The notes under the pieces were generated by a model, which saw only the letters and a list, made by a program, of their open reading frames with translations, searched no databases and was not told where the DNA came from. 64,000 bases of DNA from positions 299,848 to 363,847 of the forward strand of contig JAKMXF010000297.1 in NCBI GenBank assembly GCA_024704765.1, written 5' to 3'. A program made the translations under genes and the position numbers. Shown here one piece after another: positions 10,335 to 24,000 of this stretch. Each line of letters opens with the position of its first letter. The stretch's first letter is position 1. The stretch is from Oopsacas minuta (taxonomy: Eukaryota > Animalia > Porifera).

Positions 10335-13300
10335 ATGCCCAAGAAGCATAGCCATTATAGAGAGAGAAACTCTTCTCGCTCTCGCTCCAAATCTCCCTTA
10401 AGTTCCCATTATAAGACTAAACGAAGTAAGAGAAGGAGTAGGAGTCGTTCTAGATCAGATTCCATTAGTCCAGCCAGGTAATATTCAGATTATTGTATAC
10501 TTATTAGCGAATAATACACACTATTCACTATTGTCTACGTATTTTATATCTAGAGATAGAGATAGAAAAGAAAAGAAGTATTCATCACGAAGACGATCTC
10601 CAGAAAAATCATCATCTAAATATTCTGACAAATATTGTCCCACTTGTAAGAATCCCATTTCAATAGCTAGGTAGGTTGTATAATCATTTATTACTAGCAT
10701 AAGAATTATATTTTTTTCGTTATATCCTCTTATAAACATTTCAACACTTTATCCACGTCGTCATTATGCCATATACCATTGCCTTCTCTTTATAAAGCCT
10801 ACCATCAGATGTATCCGATGTATAGTAGTATAGTGGAGTCTCCCAAAAACGGACACTCCGAGAAGCGGACAACCCCCTACAACGAACAAACCTCGTGACA
10901 CGGATTGAATTTGCCAAGCATGTAATACTTAAGCAGTCTCCGAGGAGCGGACAACTCCGAATTCCGAACAACGGATAGGGAACTGGCCCCGAATGGTGTG
11001 TTTTAATGCAAAATTATCTCCCAAGAAAGAACAACCAGAAACTGCAACCAATAATTTCATAGATATCACAAAATTTACATAATAATATGAGTGCTATACA
11101 AGTCCCATGTCTTTCAACTCTTTCAACAATTCTTTTAGCTTGTCAATGTAAACTTTGGGTCCATAAAGGCGGTACACACATGGGATTTCTAGTCTGTAAC
11201 CTGCTCCTCTGTTTTCTTTCTCTCCCGTAACCTCAGCAAATCCTTTATTTACTTCTCTTCTCAAGAATTGTGAAAGTCGAGGATGTTTTGAAGTAGCTAT
11301 GAGCATTGGCACCACAATAGATACTGTGTAGCTAGTCTGCAAGTGTCAACCAGTAGACAAAGTTATCTTCCTGACTTATTTCCGCACCCATTATACTATA
11401 TCTAGAGTATAAAGCAATGTCAATATGCTTACATTACTCATCAAGTCATCACTCAATATTATATTAATTCTTGTCACAGTATAATAAACTTGTGACTTCT
11501 CTCGTAACTATTCAACTTTAATACATGTAAAACTGCATTCAAAATGGTACATATTAGGTGTTTTTATAAAAAGATGGACCAGCCTCCGAGAAGCGGACAA
11601 TTCTCTACAACGGAAATAAGCCATGTCACCAACGTGTCCGTTATTCGGAGACTCCACTGTATATGATAGAGACGCATGCATTAGTCAGAATTTTGGTGTT
11701 GTCACTGGCCAGAATAGTTTTAGTACTGTTCAGACTGTTTTCAGAAGTTTATAAGTCGAAAACCCTAAATGATATAACAAAACTCACCGATTTATAGAAT
11801 ATACCCGATTTCCCACACCCTTATAGTATATTTTGATATGATATCTACAATGATTATAGCATAGTCATCAATAATGCCATATATGGTAATTGATTGCGTC
11901 ATTATCATAGGACGTAGTACATATCATTTCAAAATGCACTATAAGGGTATGAGAAATTCAGTATATACTATAAATAGACAATAGTGAGTTTTGTTACTTC
12001 ATTGAGGGTTTTCGCCTTTTAAATGGATGTTGCCAAATTATTACCATCCATGGTCACTATTATAACTCAAGATTAACTTTATGACAAATATTTATGTTTT
12101 ACGAAAGAAGCTATACATCATTTCCTACATTAATTTTGAAATCCTTTTCATTACGAATGTAACACTTCGTTTTACCAATTCCGCACCCAGAGCCGGATTA
12201 GCACTCGATGGGGCCCTAAGCCAAGTATACTATGAGGCCCTCTCTATAATTCCTGCTCAGAATAGCAAGCATTTCAAAGAAGCTCACACCTCACTTCCTG
12301 GCCTCGCTTAATATAAACTGAAAGCCTATATGTAACTGACGAATACCATTTATTAAGCATCATGTATTATAAATTTAGAAAAGAATACTATAAGTCTATA
12401 ATCACTGCCTTGTCATTCAATTAAGATTGATTTTTGTGGCGTTCGCATTCAAAATGACTACACTTTGTGGGCAAACAACAAATGCAGTGTGGGGACTGAG
12501 ACTGGCTATACCAAGCTATTTTTTCGTCGAATTGGTGAGGGCCGTGAGGCCCTAAGCCATGGCTTATTTGGCTTATAGGGTAATCCGGCCCTGGCCGCAC
12601 CAAAAACGAGATTTTACCATTTTGACATCATAAAATCACATTTTTCTCGGCAGTATTCGGTTAATATTCTACATCTCATCAAAGATTGGGCCGTCTTCAC
12701 CTAATAATAGTTACTGAGCAAAGAAATTGGCACATTTTGATAATTTTTTGCGTATTCTACATATCTGTAATACATTTACTTGGGCATAAAAGTACTGTTT
12801 GTGGGATATGAAACAATTCTGTATACTAATATAATAATTACCCTACACTACTATATCCCTGGCACACCTGATGATCGGCCTTATGTAGAGAGGCTATGAA
12901 TATACATATAGGGTGTCCAGCAGGCTCTGGCATCCCCTTGAGCCCTCCTGCCCCCGGGTTCCACCTCCCTTCCTTTAACATTGATAGTGTGGTGTAGGAT
13001 AACAGCGGAGCAGGAAGCTAAGCTAATCGAGGAAGAAACGAAGCGACGAATAGAATCCATCTTATCAGAGAGAGTGAGCTCACAGTTAGAGCTAAGGAAA
13101 GATGAGATTGAAGAGGAAGTACAGCGTCGTGTAGAAGAAGCAAAACGTGTTATGGAACAAACTATGATAGAGGAATTAGAACGTAGGAAGAGATTACAAC
13201 ATGATGAAGAGATCAGGAGACAGGTACGACATGACACACAGTTAATAATATTATAGAATAAATATATTTTATTTTTGGTTAACCTAATATATTAATTGAC

Positions 13301-15475
13301 TTTTGAGAACTTTCGGTGAATTGAATACATTAAATATACACTCTAGTTCGTATTTGTATCTATTGTGGACTCTCGTTAAACACGATTACAGGCTAATCCG
13401 TGCTCCGGATGTGGAGTTAAGCTTATCTAGACTGGCTTGCCTAGCCAGCAAGCCAGGTGTCGTTTGTAATTTGTTTGTATTGGCGAGATATAATATGTGT
13501 CATTGTGTGTGTGTTCAGCTTTTCTAGGCAAGAAATTATTTAATTGATTATACTAATTAATAATTTCCAAAATGAACATATTGCAGTAAATTTATTTACG
13601 ATTATTATGCTTCAACTGCCTAAAGAGAGTAGGTTTACAGATCTCAATCTTGTCAATTGTACTAAAGTTTGAAAGAATATTTGTTTTGATTATTATCTGG
13701 CTTGATGCTATACTACTCTCTTACCTCTCTCACTACAGTTCTGAAGCTTGCGTATAGTGGACTTTTCTATTATGGCCAAACGTAAATACTACATCCAATA
13801 GGAATTTACACATCCGCTCCCTCTACAGACTCTGCTACACCCCATTAATATTCTTTATTTTCATTTAATACTATTTAACAATGCTACTAATTACCAGATT
13901 TAAGATCTTAAACAAATTGGGCATATTATATACACAAATCTAATCTAACTGAACCTGTGCACACCCAAAATTACCTTGGCTGCTTTGGATGATTATACCC
14001 AGAGTAAGGAATCTGCTGTTTCTACATTTCAGTATGAAATTGGTTTCTTTTCAGTGACCAGAGTGTATTGAATTTATCTCGTTATAGTTCTTTACTTGTT
14101 CATTGTATGCTATGATTAATCTTTATATCTTTAGCAAGATGCTAAGATACAAGAAGAGCGGTTACAGAAGATAATGGCTGAGAACCAAGCTAGGATAGAA
14201 GAGGAAACAAAAAGACGTGTAAGACCTTATTCAATATGTATATTAATTTGTATGTAGGGGCGGATCCAGGATGGAGGGAGCTTTGGCCCCCCTTAGCCCC
14301 CTTGGATCCGCCTCCGTATGTGTATTTCCTCCTATAAACAGTCTGCAACAAGTTCAACCTATGTCTCCCAGATTGAAATCACCCGCCATAAATTGTACAA
14401 CAAATGAATTACATAATACTGCTATATACTAAATGCAACTTTTCACACTCTCTAGGCACATACTTAATCAGATATTCTCATGTGAAGTTGTGTATCTCTC
14501 ATCTTATGATCTACGTTTGTGTCTTTAATAATCCAATATTAAAACACTCAAATATCAACCTAACGCATGTAACAGGTTGCTCTATCTATTGCACTAGTTT
14601 ATGGTCAATTGATCCAGCAATTTATGTGGCTGTAAGCTGTTTCCAAGAAATTAAGAACATGTATTCTGAGGAGGGTAAGCAGGGTATATTGATAGCTAAA
14701 ATGAGCAATAATTAATTAGGAAATTAGCCATCTTGTTAATTCAGTTACATTTAAATTTTGAAATATTATGTAGCCATGAGTATAATTAGCACCCTTTGGT
14801 TAAGCGACACTTTGAAATTATATTCACAATTTCTAGGTTAGGAACCCCTATCCTATCCATAGTACATTATTTTTACGATCATCAAGTACGTATCGAATTA
14901 TTTTGCTAACGTACTTGCGAAAAAATACTCATGGTATATCTGGGCCGGGAAAACTCTATCTACGTAAACACAAAGAGAAACGCGTTACCCTTCCATACTT
15001 CCCAGGATTTCTTAGCCAATTTTCCGTCAGCAGTTAAATATAGTAGATGTGGTTAATTAATACAGTCAACTCTCGTTATATCGAAGCTCAAGAGACCGCG
15101 ATAATTACTTCGATATTATATGTTACATTGATGGATGGGACCATTTTTGTACAATTTCAGACTTCGATATATCCGTGTTCGATATAACGAGAGTTGACCG
15201 ATATCATATTCATAATATTTATACATAGAAGAACATATCATTTTTGTTTTGTGCTTTATTCAACTATACATTTTGAGTTATCCAACATTACATGCTAGGA
15301 GGAAGAGCAGTTACGTTTGGTTGAACAACGGAGATTTGAGAATGAACAAAGAATTAAAAGGGAGTTAGCTGAACAAGAAATTTCTTTGAAAACTCAGGAC
15401 ACAATTTTAAACCGTTCCGGGGGAAAGAGACCTAAACTTTCCTTTCAGCTTGGTGCCAAATTGAACTCAAAATAA
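10335..15475 (+). CDS. ARGLU1: Arginine/glutamate-rich protein 1 (splicing regulator); exons 10335-10477, 10554-10670, 12998-13223, 14135-14218, 15299-15475
   Basis: RS-rich N-terminus; KLIEEETKRRIE...RKDEIEEEVQRRVEEAKRVME core; C-terminal KRPKLSFQL; all junctions GT-AG and phase-consistent (2,2,0,0). Confidence 0.88.
10831..11659. mobile_element. Non-autonomous TA-flanked TIR element (Tc1/pogo-like) carrying a HIRAN-like coding remnant, in ARGLU1 intron 2
   Basis: TA|tagtggagtctcccaaaaacggacac ... gtgtccgttattcggagactccactg|TA; internal repeats ctccgagaagcggacaa; minus ORF 11094-11342 with EVTGEKENRGAGYRLEIPC. Confidence 0.75.
12188..12593. mobile_element. hAT-type MITE (CAGGGCCGGATTA family)
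   Basis: TIRs cagagccggatta / taatccggccctg; 8-bp TSD tccgcacc / gccgcacc (7 of 8). Confidence 0.8.
14256..14316. mobile_element. Miniature GC-rich palindromic element (GGGGCGGATCC family) in ARGLU1 intron 4
   Basis: aggggcggatccagg ... cttggatccgcctccg flanked by tatgt on both sides. Confidence 0.55.
15063..15200. mobile_element. Tigger/pogo-like MITE in ARGLU1 intron 4
   Basis: TA|cagtcaactctcgttatatcg ... cgatataacgagagttgaccg; long near-perfect TIR. Confidence 0.8.
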
Positions 15476-16126
15476 GCTCATATTAATATTTGAAGAGCTA
15501 GGAGTTCAAGTTGGATATCATGGTTAATTAGTGTACATTAATTGTTGTATTTGGTCTTAAATTTATTGACACAATTAGGATATTATAGTGCTGGGATTGT
15601 ACTGGGAGTTACCAAACAATGTATACAACAAATTTCAAACTAGATTAATTGTTTCTCAATACGTTACACGTATTCAGGGTTTCATCCAGCTTCTCAGCAA
15701 CTAAATTCGCGTATTCCTTCTCACGCCGTTGAATGAATTTCACGTTGTTAGACATTTATTAATTATAATGTGTCTGTAGGTATTGTATATGTCTGGGTAT
15801 TACCCTGTATGTGTGTGTACTTTCCAGATTTGGATTGAGTTATTTATAGAGATTATCGGGTTGCATGCATTAAAATCCCTATCCAACCTCTACCGTTAAA
15901 TTTCACTCATGAGATCTATTACTAGACAAATAATATCTATTGAAGTGTTGTTTCAGGTCATTTTAAGGAGCTCCTGCGTTGATTGGATGTGGAACTATCC
16001 TGTATTAGTATTTATACCTGCATGGATAATTCCGTTTAAATCTATTATAGAATCTATTTTAAGAGAAATATATAACTAAGGGTATATTATAACTTAGCTG
16101 AAAGCCAATACGTGCTACAGTCTACA

Positions 16127-18793
16127 ATGCTTCAGACTGAGACTACACAAGGCTCTGCCTCTGAGCTTAACAAGTCTACACCTAGTATAGATAAACTTCC
16201 TCCCTCAAGAGACACTCAGAGGTCTGATCAACAGGAACCTCACCCTATCCTCACAGCCTCAGATAGAGTGTTAGAGACAAGAGGGAGTAGACTGTCCTCT
16301 GATACTCCATCTGCTATCGGTATGACACGAGTAGTTACCCCTGGATCTGAGGGTGCTATGCCAAGACTCAAAGAGCGGACACGTAGTAGGGCCAGTGGCC
16401 TACCTACTCCGTCTCGTGGGGGCAGGACTCCTAAAGAGGACCCTCTCAATATCCTCATGGACTCTGTCTTCCTAGCAGCTGATAACAATGGAGACGGTAC
16501 ACTAGAGGAGAAAGAATTCTGGCGACTACTACAGTCCCCTCTCCTGAACCTAAAGCTCACCAGTGCTGATGTTAAGAAGCTAAGAGCTAGAGTTAAGTCT
16601 AATCAAGCTGGGAGTGTTAACTATGTGGAATTCCTGCCAATAGCTAGAGACCTGATACGTAGTGTATATCAGGATAGACCTAGATCATCCTCTTCTACCT
16701 GGACTATGCTAGTGAATGCAGAGGGAGTTACAGTTGGATACTTAAATAAGAGTTCTGGAGAGATCAGAGACACACCTCCAGAGGGGATCACATTTGAGGA
16801 TCCTAACTTAATAGAAGATACAATATACGACTTCCTTGAGGTAATGGACTCAGAACAGACCGGTATAATCTCTGAGAATATGTTCCTGGAAAGTATGGAC
16901 ACGATGAAGTCAGGAGCTCTGGGACTGATAATCACTCCAGAAGAGTTGGAAGAGATAAAACAAATATTCCGTCTTAGGAAAGATAAAGTTCCTTACGAGG
17001 ATATTATGCCAGTTCTGCTGGAGCTCATCTGCCGAACTTACCAAGTCAAAGACTCTTCATATCTGAACTGGATCCAGCTTGATAGCCCCCGTGTAGGTAT
17101 GTTTTGGTTCAATAAGCGGACAGGTCGCTCCAAGCGTGTGATGCCTCCAGAGTTCCAGGAGCTACACCAGTGGTTCATGTACCAGCAACAGGAGAGAGCT
17201 CAGGAAATGACATTTGTGCAACAGACTATACACGATCTAGAGGCTGCTAATCAGGAAATACTGGTAGGGAGAGGGATGATAGGTCAGCTGGAGAATCAGG
17301 TAGCTCTACTCAATGAAGAGATGGAGACTGTTATGGTACAACTTGATGAAACAGGTTCTACACTAGATGAGACTACTGCACAGTTACAACACAAAGTTAT
17401 AGAGCTAGAATCTGCAAAGGAGAATTTGTTAATGTCAGAGAAGGAGAGAGACGAGTTGAGAGGGAAGCTACACACTGTACAGCACTACTGTGATGAGATA
17501 GAGAGCTTAAAAACTAATCTGAGTTCTCTGCAATCAGAGGCTCATGACTACTCAAGAGTTGTAGTACAGAGAGAAGGGAATGTATCTGAGTTGAAGAGAG
17601 ATTTGAAAATGACAGGAGATAAATTGAGAGAAGCAGAGAGGAAAATGGAAATACAAGATTCTAGATTGGAGGAGATGGAGACGGATGTCCGTACTCAGCT
17701 TGCTAAAAACCGCGATTTAGAAGAAGAACTGTTGAGAGTCACAGAACTAGAGGATAAACTTAAGACAACAGAAGGACTACTTGAGAAATCTGATAATCAG
17801 CTGGAAGATAAGAACACAGCTCTTGGACATGCTCGTAGAAGTCTACAGCTAGCTAAACAGAAGAACCAGGAGCTGGATGAAGAGTTACAGCATATGTCTG
17901 AGTTAAGAGAGAAGCTACATCATTCTAGATGTGAAATAAACACTCTTAAGAGCTTCTTAGGCTCTAAGACAGCTCTGGTACAAGCTAGAGACAGTGAAAT
18001 AGAACGTAACAATACATTGATAGAGTCCTTACAAGCCAGAGATGATAAGAGAGCCCAAATCCTGTCTGTTGTGTTAGAACGGACATCTCGTATACAACAG
18101 GAACAAAATCAACGAAATCTTATAGAAGCAAAGAGTTTGATAGGTCGTCCTTATTCCGCAGGACGGGAACATGAGAGGACACTATCTGCCCCCAACACCT
18201 TTCCTACCCCTAAGCCCCCTGACAACACAGGAAAGATACAGAATCAGAGATTAGCTAAGAGAATAGCAGCTGAATCAAGGAATAAATCTTTTAAAGGAGT
18301 TCTCCCTCAATTAGACGGTAAGCCTGCTCAGAGGAGAAGATCTAAACCTACATTCTCTCTACCGAATAATAACGAATTACGTTATCTGACTAGAATTGCT
18401 GATGCGTCTATAAAGAAAGATTCTGACCTCTTAAATGTGGCATACTTTGACGATCCACCTCCTCCTAACCTCAAGATAGGAGACCGGGTATTGGTAGACG
18501 CGTCTAAGCCTGGACTGAGTGCTCTTACTCCCAGAGCTATTGCTGGATATGTAAAGTATATTGGAAAAGTAGACAGTACTTATATAGACAACAGGTACTT
18601 CGTTGGAGTTAAGCTAGATGAAGCACTGGGAGACTGTGATGGCACTAGAAGAGGGAAACGATATTTCACATGTCAGCCTCAGCATGGAATCTTGGTACAG
18701 AGTGATAGAGTAATAGCTGTACTGGATAAGAAAACTCTCAAGTATGTGTCTGTGCCTAGTGGAGGTCAGTACGGTCGTGTTGTTTCTTCATAG
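16127..18793 (+). CDS. Protein with two (EF-hand pair + WW-like) modules, a long coiled coil and a C-terminal CAP-Gly domain; single large exon
   Basis: DNNGDGTLEEKEF EF loop; WW-like WTMLVNAEG..YLNKSSGE..PP and WIQLDSPRVGMFWFNKRTG..PP; heptad-rich middle; VGVKLDEALGDCDG..GKRYFTC...GILV CAP-Gly. First ATG at 16127 (ORF track opens at GTG 16112). Confidence 0.8.
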   Translation: MLQTETTQGSASELNKSTPSIDKLPPSRDTQRSDQQEPHPILTASDRVLETRGSRLSSDTPSAIGMTRVVTPGSEGAMPRLKERTRSRASGLPTPSRGGRTPKEDPLNILMDSVFLAADNNGDGTLEEKEFWRLLQSPLLNLKLTSADVKKLRARVKSNQAGSVNYVEFLPIARDLIRSVYQDRPRSSSSTWTMLVNAEGVTVGYLNKSSGEIRDTPPEGITFEDPNLIEDTIYDFLEVMDSEQTGIISENMFLESMDTMKSGALGLIITPEELEEIKQIFRLRKDKVPYEDIMPVLLELICRTYQVKDSSYLNWIQLDSPRVGMFWFNKRTGRSKRVMPPEFQELHQWFMYQQQERAQEMTFVQQTIHDLEAANQEILVGRGMIGQLENQVALLNEEMETVMVQLDETGSTLDETTAQLQHKVIELESAKENLLMSEKERDELRGKLHTVQHYCDEIESLKTNLSSLQSEAHDYSRVVVQREGNVSELKRDLKMTGDKLREAERKMEIQDSRLEEMETDVRTQLAKNRDLEEELLRVTELEDKLKTTEGLLEKSDNQLEDKNTALGHARRSLQLAKQKNQELDEELQHMSELREKLHHSRCEINTLKSFLGSKTALVQARDSEIERNNTLIESLQARDDKRAQILSVVLERTSRIQQEQNQRNLIEAKSLIGRPYSAGREHERTLSAPNTFPTPKPPDNTGKIQNQRLAKRIAAESRNKSFKGVLPQLDGKPAQRRRSKPTFSLPNNNELRYLTRIADASIKKDSDLLNVAYFDDPPPPNLKIGDRVLVDASKPGLSALTPRAIAGYVKYIGKVDSTYIDNRYFVGVKLDEALGDCDGTRRGKRYFTCQPQHGILVQSDRVIAVLDKKTLKYVSVPSGGQYGRVVSS

Positions 18794-19178
18794 AGGACTA
18801 AGGTAACCCAATCTCTTCATTTTTTACTCAAAACTTATTTATTTATTATTATTCTTATTCTTATATATACACTTTTGTAATATATCAGGTCGTGACCAGG
18901 TTTGGGGTGAAGCTGTGCAATAAAAATTTCGTGTACGTAAACAGGTACACAAGTTTGTTAGTTTAAACTTTAAAGTTACACTTTATTGTCGTTCGGATAA
19001 CTTTATCTTTATATCTGAATATTATTGTGAATCGATAATTTTATATTCTCATAATCGGCATTATGTCGTTATTTACAAGTGTATTCACAGGTATTTACGA
19101 TAACTTGTCTGAAAAATTTCATATTGTTATCTCCCTGCTAAATAGCAACACATTAGGTACACACATAACTGAAGATAA

Positions 19179-20354
<1,176 letters not shown>

Positions 20355-21069
20355 AAGTAGAGTAATTGTATTAGATTCTAGATAATTCTTAAACAATTTC
20401 AAATTGGCTAGACCCAGTTTAGATGCTGAGTGATAGACACTAGTCTAACCTTCATTTTATTCATGGCTTTCGAGCTCATTATTACTTACATTATTTTGCT
20501 ATTGGCATTACGGGAAGACAGTTTGTGCTCTGTTCTGTGAAATACCATGCTAGAATGGTAAGGATTCATTGAGGATATATACAGAGGAATTACATTAGCA
20601 AATTGCATCTGTCTCAGAGACTATTTTAAGTATTTACTTTGTTTTATTTTAAATAGATGACATGTGTTCTATGTTGGATTTAGTGTGTTAAAAAACGCAG
20701 TTTAACGCGTGCTTTATTCCCGTAAGACTGCATTGCTAGTCTTTGTTCTTCGTATTGAAGTATCATTCCTGAAATGGGTAGTCAAAATACTTTGTCATTG
20801 TTTGCTTCTAAATGCTCCAATTCAAATATTTAGACAATGCACTAATTGGATTGATGAGATAGAAGTCAATTGTTTATGAACATGAGTATTGTTTATTTGC
20901 ATTTCGTACTAATTGCATTCAAAATTGGGGAAACGTAAATAGCTAAAATGCCACTAATCCACAGCATGTCCTATTGTCTTTGTTTTGTATATGAAATCAA
21001 GGTTCTAGTGTAAAGTCTAAAATTACTTAGTTATAATTAATTGTCATAGTTGAGTATCTGTTCTCATAA

Positions 21070-24000
21070 ATGAATATCTGGCCTGAGTGGACTGACGCAG
21101 AAGACGCCAAAGGAAAAGGCGGGAGAGGTGCTCCCTCTGTTTTCGAGGACTCGGAATCATTTGAACTTCCCGCTGACATGGCACGTGTCTGTGAGCAATG
21201 GAAGAGACCCTCAGGCCTGATGGTAGCAGGAGAAGGGAGTGAGGAGCCTCCTACACCAGTTATTGTAGAGGCTGAGACTATCCCTATTATTGACCTAGTT
21301 ACCCCCAATCTACACTTATTCCCCCTCAGTGAACTAATACGTTGGATCGTATGTCAGCTGCATGCTCTCTGGCAGCAGCGAGATGTGTTCCTTATTAGTC
21401 CCACTAATCCTGGGGCGGATCCGGTACAATGGAGACCATGGGAACATATATTTCCTCAAAACAAAGGTACTCCAGTTTTGTCACCAAATGGTAAATACAC
21501 TGTCCGTCTTTTCTGGCTAAACAGCTGGCGCCGTATCACCATAGACGACTTGATGCCAGTTGACTTAGATGGACGTCTTCTTCTCCCCTCTTCCACTAAT
21601 CGATGTGAGTTATGGCCAGCTCTGCTCTCCAAGGCTATCATAAAGGTTGCCTCTCTCGACTACAATTCTCCTTCTAGTCGTGGTGACTTCGGTGAAGCTA
21701 GCATAGTGTATCTGCTGACAGGTTGGTGTCCTCAGAAAATAAATACATCAGATCTCAAGAATAGAGATCAAATATGGCCACTCCTCCTTAGAGCACTTCG
21801 TCTCTGGAAACCTCCCTCTGAGAAGAGAACCAAGAGTCCTGTCCTCTCCCCAGACAAACAGGAACCTTCCGGTGTAGAGTCCAACTCCTCTCGAGCCTCT
21901 ATGAAGGGGAAGCCCCCAGCTAAGGGGTCTGCTACTAAGGGGGACAGCAAAAAGACCGCATCTCGTATGGGAGGACCTGGGAAAAAGACAACAGCTGATG
22001 TGACAGATAAATTAGAGCAATTAGAGAAATTCTCAAAACTTAACCCCGATGGAGAACCTGAGCATCCCACCACCTGTCTCCTATTCGCTACTTTCAAGTC
22101 TAGTAGTGAGTGTGTGGGATCTTTTGAAGTGAAAAGAAACGCAGAAACCTCTGCATTCCTGAAAGGCAACCAGATCCCTCCTAACCAAGCACATCCACTC
22201 CAGCTGATGGAGGTACGAGACCGACCACTTAAGCCTCCCGATACTCCTCCCCCTTATCCTCCCAAGATGTTTCCCAGGTATCCAGGACACAGACACAGGA
22301 GGGAGAACCCATTTGATGACCGCTTGCCACCCCCTTCACCCCCCAAAGAGCCCCGATTCATCCGGTTAGAATCTGTACTAACCGGTACTTGGCAGCAGGC
22401 AGAGAAGGAGGTAGTCAATCAACCTCTGCTAATCAGTCTGCTGGAAAAGGTGCGAGAAAGCGAGCGTAGCAAGGATAGAGCCGGAAAGAGATTGAGTATT
22501 GACATCAGCTCCATGACTGAGACAGATGAGATCCAGTCTGAAAGGATGAATATGTGGATTGAGTTTGAGGAGTTTCTGCGCTTATTCACAGTTATATACA
22601 TATTCTACAGACCTGATGTATTTCCCTATGATGAGAAGTTTGAGAAGTTGTCCCCTCAGGTCATGAAGGGTGGGATGAGAGCTCCAAGTGGGTCCAACTC
22701 TCGCACCCCTCTCAATCCCCACAAATCAACTGTACTCAATCAATTCTTTATAGATTCTGTCTCAGAATCTAAGCTACTATACGTAGACAGCTCCCGTCCT
22801 ATTCACATACTCATCTCTCTGAGCTCATTCGTCAACTGGAAGACAAAGCCTCAAGGCAGTCTCTTGTTCCAAAAGAGAACTAAAGTAATCCTTCATCCAA
22901 CAACAATTCGCTTTACAGAATCTGTTCAGAGACTAGGTCCCCCTACTGTTGAAAAGCAGGAGGTGCTAGAGACTAAAGAGGCTTGGTTACGAATTATACC
23001 TTACAATTGGAGAGTGCAAGGTGATGGTCGTCCTCTACACATTATCCAGACATCAGCTGTTAACTCCTACCTCCTATCTCTTCCCCCGGGTAGATATGTA
23101 TACAAACTGTTAACACACTCCCCTATAGGCATGGTGCTTACTATAAGGTCTCATAGTAGGTTCCGTATTGTAGAGGAAGAGGAGTTATTGTCTCTACTCA
23201 CAGGAACACCTGCTGCGTTCAAGGCTCTATCCAAGAAAATGTTTGATCACATATTTGAGGTAGCTCTCCCGAAGCTACGTGACGTAGATGAGTTTTCTAG
23301 AGTGTTACTAAATGGGGAGCTGGCTCCTTTACAGGACCATTATTCTGAGATGTGTCAAGCGCTGTTTGACAGCATGACGAGTAGAAAGGAACAGTTATGC
23401 CTGATCAGTTCAAAATACTTGTTGTGTAAGATTTTCCTTTTAAAAACCTTCCATCTCCTGGATCCAAACATACAAATTGATACTTCTAAGTCTTACAAAA
23501 ATATGTCTGATTGTGAGAGAGCTGAAATCAAAAAGTTTACCGAGAAAGAGATACAGAAAATCACAAAACTCCAATTCTACTACAGAGTGCATAGAAGATC
23601 TCGTATGAAACAGCTGTACACCAGCGGTAGTAAAGAGAATGATGAGTTCATTTCTGATATTACGGATGCCTTCTCTCCCCTCAAAGAAAACCTGCTGAAT
23701 GCTTGGGAGAGCAGGTTGTACCAAGTTTGTGAGGAGTTCCCTGAATGCCGTGCTATGTTACGTCTAGACGGTCCACATGAGATGAAGGTATACACACAGA
23801 CATATGAGGGATTGACGGATTTACAGAATGAGAAATGGGCTCTCTTATTCAGAAACATATTCCAGTTGAATCAGCCAAACTTCCTGTCCTTCCTGCTCTT
23901 CAGCAAAGGAAGCTGTAAAGTGAGGCTTAAGTTGATTAACAATGACACCTATCAGGAGCTGCCAGCTGTCTCAGGCAAACTCTTACCTAGACAATATCAA

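Noticed and set aside
13980-14060. Possible intronic C/D snoRNA in ARGLU1 intron 3
   Set aside because: No proper RUGAUGA/CUGA pair with a terminal stem.
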